Source: Microthyrium microscopicum
Taxonomy: Eukaryota
Reading direction: 5' to 3'
Length of the DNA: 64,000 bases
Assembly (NCBI GenBank): GCA_010405405.1
Contig: MU004237.1
Coordinates: forward strand, 2,057,345 to 2,121,344
The position numbers and the translations under genes were made by a program. Of the stretch, positions 38,822 through 50,900 are shown piece after piece; the stretch's first letter is position 1, and every line of letters begins with the position of its first letter. The notes below the pieces were generated by a model. That model was not told the origin of the DNA. It ran no database searches and saw nothing but the letters and a program-made list of their open reading frames with translations.

Positions 38822-39863
38822 ATGGGTAAGAATATGAGAATTCTGTACGCAGAACAGATGGAGCATTACAATAAAGGCGGAAGAGCACTCTGGGATCCAC
38901 CGCGCCGCAGTGACATGCGCGTCGGCACTCTGGGCTACTTCAACGATGACCGAGTGTGGAACCCGATGGCTTTGATAACCGATCCGGAGGCAGTGAAGGA
39001 TATTCCTGGGTTGACGCCTATGACTGCAAGAGTTAAAAGCTTCGAGGAGGAAGAAGCGAATTGGAGTCCATTGAAGTCTTCGAATGTTGCAGAGATTGGG
39101 CCGAGTTTGGAATTGGCTGTCTCGTAAGTACCCGCCTTGCTTGTAAGACATGAAGTACTCATTGAGTATAGTGCTCCAGGACTTCCAATCGAAGCTTCAG
39201 CATCATTGACCCTGAAAAACAGCGATGACTTTGGCTGCGTTCTCACGGTCTCCAACCCTGTCAAGAAAGAAGGGTACTACGGCCCCGAAGGACCCTGGAG
39301 AAGCTGGATGGACGACAACCTAAAAGCAATTCAAGACTACATGACCAAAGCAGACGTCAAGAAATACGGACTCTTCATCGTGACCAAAACCTACAGTGTC
39401 AAGTCCGCTATCATCGCCATCAAAGATGGTAGATCCAGCAAAGTCGCCTTGGGATTCAGTGCAAAAGTGCCAGCAATCGGAGAGCTCGGACCTCATGCCG
39501 ATTGGAGTAAGACGACGAGCGATGAGGCGATTTTCAAGTTTGATTCAAAGGGGGATGATATGAGGGTGGTGATTGTGCAAGGAATTTACTTTACGCTCAA
39601 CTTTTTCAATAAGGTAAGATTGATGGGGTTATTGGAAGTGGCGCTGACGTGGATAGATCGTGTCTGGTGACACTCGCAAATTGCCTATGAATTCGGGGCC
39701 TGGTGCGCCATCGGCTGAGAAGAAGACAGTATTTAGGCCGAAGACGGTTGATTATGAAGTAGACCATTTGCAGAAGGGTAAAAAGATGGTTCATTCGGCT
39801 ACAATTGAGACGGAGATGGTTGGAGAGATGGAAGAGGCGCCAGAGGAGGAAGAGGATGTCTAG
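38822..39863 (+). CDS. Hypothetical 316-aa protein, putative gasdermin-like pore-forming protein (3 exons)
   Basis: Introns 39124-39171 and 39614-39656 give a clean ORF. Motifs GRALWDP...RVGTLGYF, alternating small/hydrophobic strands (IEASASLTLK, VALGFSAKV), FGCVL, YGLFIVTKTY and an acidic C-terminal tail. The gene model is solid; the family call is by-eye pattern recall. Confidence 0.55.
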
Positions 39864-40216
39864 AGTATCGCGTAGACTTGAGCATCACTTTCCATACTTA
39901 AATAGCGGTTTCATTGATGATAAAATCAAAATTGCTCTCATGAGAAATTAAATGATGAAATCCTCCAAGAGATGAAGTTAGAAGAGGATGGTTGATGATG
40001 GAACCAGGAAAATAGAGGGACGCGACTCGGCGGCAACCTCAATTGCTCCCAGCAACCAGGAAACCTTGCCCCCACCACATGCAATCTTCATAAACATCTG
40101 TCCTTCCCAACGAAACTCACTGCCTAATTTCCCTCTCAAGATTTTATAAGACCGTCTTCCGTCAACTGTAGTCTCGCGGGTAATCACCTTACAAACCTCT
40201 CTCACCCACGGCGAAA

Positions 40217-41421
40217 ATGGTTTGAGCCCATCAACGACTACAAAACCAAGCTAACAATCCCACAGTCTTCGCCTGAACTCACCAAAAAGCGTCTCGCGCT
40301 CGCTGTGATAGACTTCCTCACAAACTCCGCCAAAGATGGCACGGTTCCCTCCGACCAAGCCGACTCCATCGAAATCGCCACCAACTGCATCGCCGAAGCT
40401 TTCCACGTTGACCCGACCGACGAAAAAGCCATGAAAGATGCCGTCGGCACCAAGAACCTCACCGAAATTTACACTGTCTACGAGACACTAATGAAGGGCA
40501 AGACATCCGGTGGCGCTGCACCCAAGGCTGCGGCAGCCGACTCAACCGGCTCTTCTGCGGCACCAGATGAGAAGACTAAGCAAGAGGCAGAATCGTTGAA
40601 GAGTGCAGGAAATGCGGCTATTCAAAAGAAGGATTTCCCCAAGGCTATTGAGATGTATACCAAGGCGCTTGAGTTGGTGCCGCTCAACCCTATCTATCTC
40701 TCCAACCGAGCTGCTGCGTACAGTGGATCAGGCAAGCATGAGGAGGCTGTGAATGATGCGGAGATGGCAGTCGCTGCGGATCCAAAGTTTGCCAAGGCGT
40801 GGAGCAGACTAGGTTTCGCAAAGTATGCGCTTGGAGACTCAAAAGGCAGCATGGAGGCATACAAGCAAGGCATCGACGCTGAAGGCAACGGTGGAAGTCT
40901 TGCCATGCGAAAGGGCTACGAGACAGCCAAGATCAAGGTTGAAGAGGAGGGTGGAGACATCTCTGATGATGACGAGCTCGAATCAGCATCTCGAGGAGGA
41001 CCAGGAGCCGGCGCTGGTGGTATGCCCGACCTAGCAAGTCTTGCTGGCATGTTCGGTGGTGGTGGTGGAGGAGGAGGCGGTGGAATGCCAGACTTGGGTG
41101 CAATGATGCAGAACCCAATGATGAGACAGATGGCAAGCAACCTCATGAGCGACCCTAACATGATGTCGAATCTCATGAACAACCCACAATTACAACAGAT
41201 GATGAATGGTGCTGGTGGTGGAGGGCGTGGTGGTGGCATGCCAGATCTCAGCGCTCTCATGCAAGATCCATCAATCATGGATATGTAAGTCCAATTGTCG
41301 ATACCCTCTCATACTCTTCTAATCGGTCAATAGGGCAAAGAATCTCATGGGAGGAGGAGCTGGCGGTCCACCAGGTGGAGGGCCACCAGGCGACGGAGCT
41401 GGAAGAGGTCGTGGAGCATAA
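40217..41421 (+). CDS. SGT2: Small glutamine-rich TPR co-chaperone Sgt2/SGTA
   Basis: KKRLALAVIDFL...DSIEIATNCIAEAF dimerisation domain, TPR (AESLKSAGN...IYLSNRAAAY...KAWSRLG), Met/Gly-rich STI1-like C-terminus. ATG is followed directly by an intron; a last intron lies near 41285. Confidence 0.95.
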
Positions 41422-41921
41422 TCAAATCAAATGAGAGTAGGATTCATGAAGCATGACTGTAATGTCTTTGTATACACTGCGTAAGAGAATGATCTAATAT
41501 AACAATCACCATCGATCAATGCCTCCGCTCTAAGTCTGTGAGGGCACACGACCACTGAAATCTGTCGACTCTTCTTAATGTCATTCTAGTTTCTGATGTG
41601 AGTATAACAGAGACTAAACACACTACAGCACACAAGCAAACACTTTTCATCCTATCACGAGAAGGAGTTCATCTCCCGCGGCTACTTGTACTTTAATACT
41701 CCATCTCGCCGAGCTTGATATTGCCAGTCCCTAATACTTTTCGCAATCGGGAGAGACCGCCGATTACGTCGTTCAACCAGAAGCTTCATCTGCCCCACCA
41801 ATCCAATATTTTCACCCCACGTCCATCCATTGGCGAATCTCCCAGCTTTTGCGTCACTATATCCCGCATATCTCTTTGATATTCTCCAAAACAACTTCAC
41901 TCAAACTCTGCATCAGCCAAA

Positions 41922-43287
41922 ATGTCTCTCTCCAACAAACTATCAATCAGTGATGTCGACGTCAAGGGCAAGCGCGTCCTTATCCGCGTAAGGCTGAAGC
42001 AACTTATAGCAAGCTACCTAACTAACAAACACTCAGGTTGACTTCAATGTCCCTCTCGATGGCACAAAGATCACCAACAATCAACGTATCGTCGGCGCAG
42101 TGCCAACCATCAAGTATGCTGTCGACCACGGCGCCAAGGCCGTCATCCTCATGTCCCACTTGGGCCGCCCAGATGGCAAGAAGAACGAGAAGTACAGCTT
42201 GAAGCCAGTCGTACCAGAGCTTGAGAAGCTTCTGGGAAAGAAGGTCATATTCACAGACGACTGTGTGGGCAAGGAAGTCGAAGATACTGTCAACAAAGCT
42301 TCAGACGGCCAAGTAATCCTCCTCGAGAACCTACGATTCCACCCAGAGGAAGAAGGTAGCTCGAAAGATGCGGATGGCAAGAAGGTCAAGGCAGACAAGG
42401 CCAAGGTCGACGAGTTCAGAAAGGGTCTAACAGCTCTCGGCGACGTCTACATCAGTAAGATTCCATACACAACAGCCGCCTGATCAGAGATTGGAGAAGC
42501 TAATCTTAAATGAATCGCAGACGATGCCTTCGGCACAGCCCACCGCGCTCACAGCTCAATGGTCGGCATCGACCTCCCCCAAAAAGCCTCCGGTTTCCTC
42601 GTCAAAAAAGAACTCGAATACTTCGCCAAAGCCCTCGAAGATCCCGCCCGCCCCTTCCTCGCCATCCTCGGCGGTGCCAAAGTCTCTGACAAGATCCAGC
42701 TCATCGACAACCTTCTCGGCAAAGTCAACAGCCTGATCATCTGTGGAGCAATGGCATTCACATTCCTTAAGACGCGCGACGGCATGAAGATTGGCGGCAG
42801 TCTATTTGACGAGGAGGGCGCAAAACTTGTGCCGGGTATCGTGGAGAAGGCAAAGAAGAATAATGTCAAGATTGTACTGCCAGTGGACTCGGTGACGGCG
42901 GAGAAGTTTGATAAGAATGCGAAGACGGGTTATGCTACGAATGAGGAGGGCATTCCGGATGGTTGGATGGGCTTGGACTGTGGAGAGAAGAGTGTCAAGT
43001 TGTTCCAAGAGGCTATTGGCGAGGCGAAAACTATTCTCTGGAACGGACCACCTGGTGTCTTTGAGTTCGAGGCTTTTGCCAACGGTACCAAGAAGACACT
43101 TGACGCTGCCGTGGAGGGCGCCCAAAACGGCAAAATCGTCATCATCGGTGGTGGAGATACTGCAACAGTTGCGGCTAAATATGGTGTGGAAGACAAGCTC
43201 AGCCACGTATCTACCGGTGGTGGAGCTTCTCTTGAGTTGCTCGAAGGCAAAGACTTGCCTGGTGTTTCCGCTCTGTCCAGTAAGTAG
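41922..43287 (+). CDS. PGK1: Phosphoglycerate kinase
   Basis: [69 protein letters not shown]; 2 introns. Confidence 0.99.
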
Positions 43288-43650
43288 ATTATGTTCTATA
43301 TGATCGAGGTCAAAGATGAACACAAAACGGGGATGGGTAGATGGGATCTTGGAATTGGCTTGTGGAAGCGCTTCAATTGTGGATATAACAAAATTTCTTT
43401 CGTCTTCTGTACGATCGACACTGAGCAATATTCAAGGGTCGTCTTATGATACCGCCAACCTTTAAAATATTCATATTGCCCTTGCTTTGTGCCAATGCGC
43501 TGTGTCTGGTCTGCATGCCATGTTACTCAGCTTCTCATCGTGTGGGGCTCCTTGAATTTGTTCATCGTTAGGACTTGGGTGATGAAAGGCGTGTGGAGTG
43601 GGTTTTATGAGGTATAATGCGGTGTGTGATTTCTATGCTGTAGTCCTCGT

Positions 43651-44023
43651 TTACGACTTCTTTGCGCCTTCAGTCGCGACCTTCTTCAACTCTTCCCTAA
43701 GCACTTGTTAGCATCGCCAGAACCACAGACCAAGTTGTACTCACTTCAATTGCGCTGAAAAATCATCATTTGTGTCATCGTCGTCCCAGCTTTCTTCCCA
43801 GAGATGTGTATTGCCGGATGGGAGGTCGGTGTTCTCCACTTCCCAATCTATACACCATGTCAGCGAAGTTCCCGTGTCGCAAGAGGATGGAAGACATACC
43901 TTCAGCGGGAAAGTCCTCAAACTCGTCATCTTCTTCTAGCTTTGCCGCAAGTGCCTTCTTGTCGGTCGGGTCTGTAGTTGGGGCATCGTTCTTTGTCGCG
44001 GTTTTCGAGTCGGCAGCGGACAT
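43651..44023 (-). CDS. SEM1: 26S proteasome lid subunit Sem1/Dss1 (3 exons)
   Basis: LEEDDEFEDFPAEDW...HLWEESWDDDDTNDDFSAQLKEELKK. Confidence 0.95.
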
Positions 44024-44590
44024 TCTGACTGATTGAAAACTTTTAAGGGTGTATGTGTCCTGTATGTGTAGTCTGGAATCTGGATACTTGTGTGTTCGTA
44101 GATGATGGCTTTGTTGATGTTGAGCCTCACAGGCAGTTAACGCTGGCGACGACGTTCGATTACAGGGCTAGGGCAATCAAGCTCTAGCGGGGCTTCTAGC
44201 GCTATGTCCAGAACCAGGTCCATGCTTCTGGTTCCGGAATGCGATCTAAAATCCGAAGTCCAGATCCGGCAAGGCGCGGCTTCCGATGTGTATGAGCAGC
44301 ACTGAAAGTCCGTAACCTGCTGCCTTACAACACAAAGTTCTTCTGAGATCATTGAACTGTAGAAGTGCCCATACTACTGGTGTCACTTGGACGTGAACGG
44401 TCTCTCATTTTGACTTCTGACCCCCAGTTAGGCTGCAGTGACGAGAAGAAGTGCCATTGTGGGCAGTGAATCTTACATTTGGTTGATATCTACATATATT
44501 TCTGACATTTTGACAAGGGATTTTTGTTTTACGTCTGTTTGGAGAACATTTTGCTTCAGCGACTTCACACCTGGGCCGATATCTTTCAGG

Positions 44591-47041
44591 ATGAGAGGAT
44601 GGTTCTCTGGTCGGGCTCGCGGCTCGAGCCAGTCGCTCAATTCCTTGGAGGAGCCGGCGTCATGTAAGTTTTGGATGATTTTTGTTGAATTGATTGCTAA
44701 CAATGCCTAGTAGAAAATGCTCTACAAGGTGAACAATTTGTTCCTGGAAAATAAGCTGGACAATGTACTGACAACGGGGACAGCTGCAAGCCACATCATG
44801 AATGACGATATGGAGCTTGCGGAGTCTGAACTGTCCAAGGAGAACACATCTTTTCACAAGGTATTCAAATTCTTGAGTAACCCATACATTTCATGGGTGC
44901 TTTCTCCGATGCACGAAAGATTTGAACTGACATGGTTTACAGCTCGGTCTAGGCCTTCTCAGTTTCCTCAAGGCTGTCTTAGGTTTCGAAAGAGAACTCA
45001 TGGCTGAAGGTACTCAAGAGCTTCTTCTCCCGCTCAAATCATGTCTCTAACCAGTTATTAGCTCAAGAACGTCTTAACGCTGCCGAAACCCAGGCAACAG
45101 AAAGCTACAATCGAGTTAAACATCACTCAAGCCACTCTCAGTCACAAATATACTCCCCAGGCTCAGAATTTCTACTATGTCAAGCTCAGGTTCAAATAAT
45201 GGGAGCAGTAATTGGGGTTCTTACAGAAAGCGTCACAGAGAGTCTAAGAGGCTTCTACAAACTCCGCAAAGCCTACCTGACCCTCGATGTTCTCCTTGCT
45301 GAGGAGAATGCATATCTCAAGAAGCTAGAGGCAGAAGGCGGCAAACCCATCAAATTCGAATCTGAGACCACTGATTCATCAACTAGTGCAAGCGCTGAAC
45401 CATCAAGAGCAGCGTCTACTACAGATCTTACCCAAGAGCTTGCTGGCAAAGACTTTGGTGCGAAAAGGGCTGCTCCTGCGGAAGCTGAAAGTGATGCAGA
45501 TGAGTTCTTTGAGGCTGCGGAAGTTCCAGAAGAACTGCCCGAAAGCACACCGCAGGTTGAGAAAGATTTGAGTGATGCAATGGACTCTGCCACAATCAAG
45601 GACGCAGACGGCGTTCCAGCACCTCTACTTCGTCGTCTTTCTTCACATATCCAAGAAGGACCGGATGCCGAGATCTTTACGAATTCAATCGATGCCTTTG
45701 TGCATTCTTCGTCGAATCTCTGCTATGGGATGCTTCTACTCTTGCTTTCCATGCTTCCACCAGCCTTCAATACACTTACGAAGATTGCGGGCTTTAAGGG
45801 TGATAGGCGGCGCGGTATTGCATTGCTTTGGCAGGCAAGCAAGTTTGGCAACCTGAATGGTGCTTTTGCTGGACTTGTTGTACTGGGCTACTACAACGGT
45901 TTCATTGGCTTCTGTGATATTTTGCCCGAGACAGGATCTGGTGCCTATCCAAAGGAACGATGTCAGGAATTACTAGAGACATCTAGAAAGCGATATCCCA
46001 AGGTATGTACTACCATTCTCGTGCTTCGGCTTTACTAAAATTACCCATAGAGTGGTTTATGGATGCTAGAAGAAATCCGATCGCTATCCAACGAGAGACG
46101 ACTAGAAGAGAGCCTCGAAAGGTTAAAAAACATGCCCGACCCCAAACTAAAACAAGTCCACGCCCTGAAATCCTTCGAAGCAAGCATGTGCACCATGTCC
46201 CTCCACCACTACGAAGAATGCTCCGACTACTTCCAAGCGGCATGTCCTCATCTCCATCTCAACCGACGTATAGCTAACAGTCCTCTAGATGGTCAAGTTA
46301 AACAATTGGTCCCACGGCCTCTACTACTACATCGCGGCGTGCGCCCACATCGAACGCTACCGCGAACTCCTCCCCACCGACCCTGAAAAGGCAGCCGAGC
46401 AAGCAGAAAAAGTAACAACCCTCTTCACTATAATTCCAAACCATATTGGTAAAAAGCGCATCATGGCTAAACAAATGCCCTTTGATGTCTTCGTCGCCCG
46501 CAAACTTGCCAAATGGACTGCTCGCGCGGCTCAACACTCTGTTCCACTCATCGATGCCGTCGGTGTGAGTCCTTTGACGGAAATGGTATATTTCTGGAAC
46601 GGCTTCAAGCGCATGGGCAATGTTCAACTGGAAAAGTCTCTTGTATGTCTTGGGCGCAGCCAAACTTCCACCAGCATACCCTGGGAGACCGAGGACGTTG
46701 ATGAGAAAGCTATATTATCTGTGATGAAAGGCGTGGTGCATAGACATATGGGGAAGACGCACGAGGCACGTGTAGAATTGGAGAGTGTCACGGCGAAAGA
46801 ACGCACATTATTCAAGGGCGGGAACAAGGATAATTGGGTGGCTCCCGCGGCACATTATGAAATGGGTGTGGCGGAGTGGGTCGACTATAAGGCCACGGGG
46901 GATCAGGCTTGTTTGGAGAAAGCGCAGAAGTGGTTGGAGGTATCTGCGGGTTGGGAGGCCTATGATTTGGATGCGAGAGTTGGTATTCGTGTCAAGACGG
47001 GGTTAGAGACTGTGAAGAGGGAGAAAGGGGAGGCCGTTTAG
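44591..47041 (+). CDS. IML2: Iml2/TTC39-family protein (multi-exon)
   Basis: HIMNDDMELAE, YSPGSEF, GAVIGVLTESVTESLRGFYKLRKAY, GFKGDRRRG, NNWSHGLYYY, PFDVFVARK, W..P.AHYE, YDLDARVG. Confidence 0.9.
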
Positions 47042-47709
47042 ATGGAAACGGAGAGATTGTCTTTATATAGGACATTTGATATATAAAAATGGAAGATACA
47101 TGGTGGTCATTATATTCATCTGTTCATTCATATGAGGCCACGTTCGTTGAGCATCACACGCAAAGCAGGACTCAAATATCAAACCTACAGTACTAGGCCT
47201 TAAGTCTCCGTAGATTCCCCGCATATCCGTGCACGCGCGCCCATAAAACGCGTCCACCACAATTACTATCTTCTTCTTCTTTTAACAACCATGCCTCTAA
47301 TAAGGACTCCCTTAAAGTAATTATTTAGCGAGAGGATCCCTAATACTTAATATATACCCTTATAAAAAGGCATAATTATTAGCTAAGCGGCTAACTTAAA
47401 AAGGCTTACTCAAATCGCTAGGGATCTTAAGATCTCTATTAACTCTATTTACTATGTTTTAAATAACTAAGAGAATATTACTCCTACTAATACTTATTTA
47501 AAACAACGTAGCCACCTAAAGATATATTCTCGTTAAGATGTCTTATAGATTATCTACGAAGTTTAAAAAGAGCCTTTTATTACCTATAGAGCCCTTAAAG
47601 CACAATTAAACCTACCCTTTAGCCAAAAAGTAGTTAAGAAGATTATTAGCGTTTTTAACGTTAAAAAATAGCGCGCTACTTATTATTTATTACTTATCTA
47701 GGAACTTAT

Positions 47710-47930
47710 TATAAGGATTCCTCATAGGTTTGGTGTTTGGTGTTAGATCTAGAGATCTAATCTTGTAGATAAGATCTCTTTATCCCGTTTGGAGTTAGTG
47801 TATCTAAGGATCCCTTAGGCCCTATATCTTTATATCTATAGCTCTATCTTTAGATCTCCTCTCTCTATACGTAGATTCTATAATATTAGCTATATTTTGC
47901 TTGCTTAATTATACCTAATAGCTCCTTATA
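47710..47930 (+). repeat. 5' LTR (221 bp)
   Basis: Aligns without gaps to 55144-55364; differences are C/T or G/A transitions. Confidence 0.93.
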
Positions 47931-50900
47931 TAATCTATATACCTCTATACTAAAAAATAACTCTATACGTTTATTATATATTACTAAATTGCTGCTAGCT
48001 AAAGTTATGCTTAAATCTACTAAATAATAATAATATATTAGTAGTACTATCCTTAGTTAGGATTAGCGCTATTTAGACCCTTATAGAAGGTACTAGTAAA
48101 GCTACAAATACCTAATTAAATAAATACCTTTTTAGCGTTATTTGCTAAAATAAAGAGTACGAAGTAGTTAAAGCGTTTACCCTATTATGTTCTTCTACTA
48201 ATAATCTATAGAGGCATTTCTATATCTTCTCTACTTACTATTTACTTATATATACCTTATCCTTTATCTAAAAATATTCGTTATTTTATTATCTTAGTTC
48301 TAATAATAATAGAAATAATATTATTATAGATTTTTAGAATAACTAGCGCGTTAATTATAGTATGCTACTTTATCCTCTTTATCTTAAATATAAGTACTTA
48401 TAATCTTATTTATTAGAGCGCTCTTTATCTCTTTATAACTTATATAGACGCTTTTTAAAGGCTATATTAGTTATATTAAATATAGAAGCTAATTAGATAT
48501 TAACCTTATAGTTAACCCTTTAATATAAACTACTTAATATCTAAGATTTTATTAAACTTTCTCTAATACTTAAAAAAAATGAAGGACTCTTTAATAATAA
48601 AGATACTAAATTCTTACGTTAGAGCGCTATAAATATTTATAAAGTAGAAAAAGCTTCTAGAGTAGTACTTATTATAGTATTAATAAAAGAGCTAGGACTA
48701 GAGAAAGAGGTATTAACCTTTAGTACTACCTAAATTACTAGCCTTTTTATAATAAAGGTAATTAAAGGAAAAGAACGTATAGTAAAAGCGTTAGATAATA
48801 GTAAAGTATGTCTTCTAAAAGATATATAACTCTAGTTAGATTTACTACTTAGTTAACCTAATCCTCTAAATATTCCTTTAGGATTCCTTTCCTATTTACC
48901 TATTATATCTATAGACCTAAACTACTAGGTTGCTTTATTAGTAGTAGATAAGCCTTTATTTATATAGGCCTTATATAGAATTAGACTAAAATAAAGAAAA
49001 TAAGTATTAGTAATTTGCTAAGATAAAATAGATCTATTAAACCTAGTATAGGATTAATACCTTACTATTAAAGGAGGAGATTTCTTATACTACTATATTA
49101 AATTTAGCTACCTTAAAGATTTCTTTAAATAACTTTATATTGCGCTAATAATATTATAGACTATAGCTCTTTACTATTAGTCTTTAAGATTAGTATAGGA
49201 TACTATTATAAAGAACTTCTTAGAATTAAACTTTAATATAACTTATCTTAAGAAGTTATTTAAAACCTTATAGGAAAAAGCTATAGATTAGTAACGTTTA
49301 ATAGAGGACGTTTAAGCCTATATTAACTAACTATAACGTAACTATACTATTAAATTAAATATAGTACGCTAGTTAGAATAATAGACTATTATAAAGCTAG
49401 AGACTAAATAAGCTACTAACCTTTAATATTAAGAATTAGTTAGCTTACTACGCGCTAAGATTACTAAACTAGAAGAATAGCTATAAGTAGTATTAGTTAT
49501 AGTACTACTCCTTTATATTAATTATAAAAATTTAGAAGATGATGCTATTCTAAGTTATTATATATTAAACTCTATACGTTTAATAGTATTAGGTAATATC
49601 TAACCTATAGAAATATAATATTTAACTTTATTATTAACTACTATAAGCGTAGTAAATAGTTACCCTTATTTTAAGAAACTTAGCAACTTTACTAGAATTA
49701 ATATAACTAAGTATAAAATATAGAAGAAGAAGATGCTTAACGTCCTACTTAATAATAAGGCATATTTATACGTCCTAATAGAGAAGAAAAAGATTAAGTT
49801 TATTTACTAACGCTTTATTAGTATTACTTATAACCTTACTATTATTTAAGGAGGTAAAGAATTAAAGAACTTATATAAGTATATAAATAAGATATAAGCT
49901 AATCTAAATAGCTACTTTTGTTCTAAAAATGGTTTTAAAGACGCTAAAGCTTAGTTAAAATTACCTAAGGTAAAAATAAAGGATTCTAAGACTCTTTAAG
50001 GGTTTCTAAGACAATTTAAAGCTAACTCTATAAATATAGAACTTAATAAATAAGAGAAGATTATTAAACTTAAAGATCTTATCCTAAAGAAGTTTATAAA
50101 CCTATTAGTAGCTTATAATATTAAAGACTTTACTATCTTCTATACCTAACTCTATAACGTTAGTTATTATATTAACTATAAACTAAATACTAACATAAAT
50201 CTAAATAATAATAACCTATATTAGAATAACTTACGTTAGGTAAATAATTAATCTTCTAATTAAGGAAGTAATACTAATACTAAAAATAATAATATTTCTT
50301 AACCCCTAGATATATTCTAAGTACTAAAGGCTAAGAAATATTATATTTATTATAGTAAAAAAAGATATTATACTAATGCTAAGAACCTACTTTATAAGGG
50401 TTAAGAGCTATTATCTAATTAGAAGATTAAAGCTAAAGTTACTTAACTAGCTATAGTATTTACGTGCGTATATTAAGGTTAATAGCCCTTCGTTAAGAAA
50501 GCTTAAGATAAAGATAACTACTATTTATTAAACTAGATACTTCTTTACTAAGCTATAAGGAGGAGCTAAATAAGAATAAAGCGCAAAATAAATAAAAGAA
50601 ACGTTAGAATAACTAACTTAATACTTAACTACCTAATATTAAAATTAATAAATAAAAAGCTAAGAAGACCTTTCATAAAAATAAGAAGGTTATTATTAGA
50701 TATCTATATTATTATATTAAGCGCCTTAAATATAAAGAAGTAGTCTATAAGGGCTATATTATACTAGTATACTTTTAAGCTATTTATATATTACTAACTT
50801 TTATTATACTTATAGTATAGCTAAAGGATATTAAAAAGAAAGACTCTATTATTAGATCCTAGTAGACTATAGTAGGGTAAGTTTACGTCCTATATAGTAA

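Noticed and set aside
4994..47041. Proteostasis gene cluster (SVIP-like, BTB, SGT2, SEM1, IML2)
   Set aside because: These genes are interleaved with unrelated core genes (PGK1, ERB1, PRP5); there is no evidence of co-regulation, so the theme is probably coincidental.
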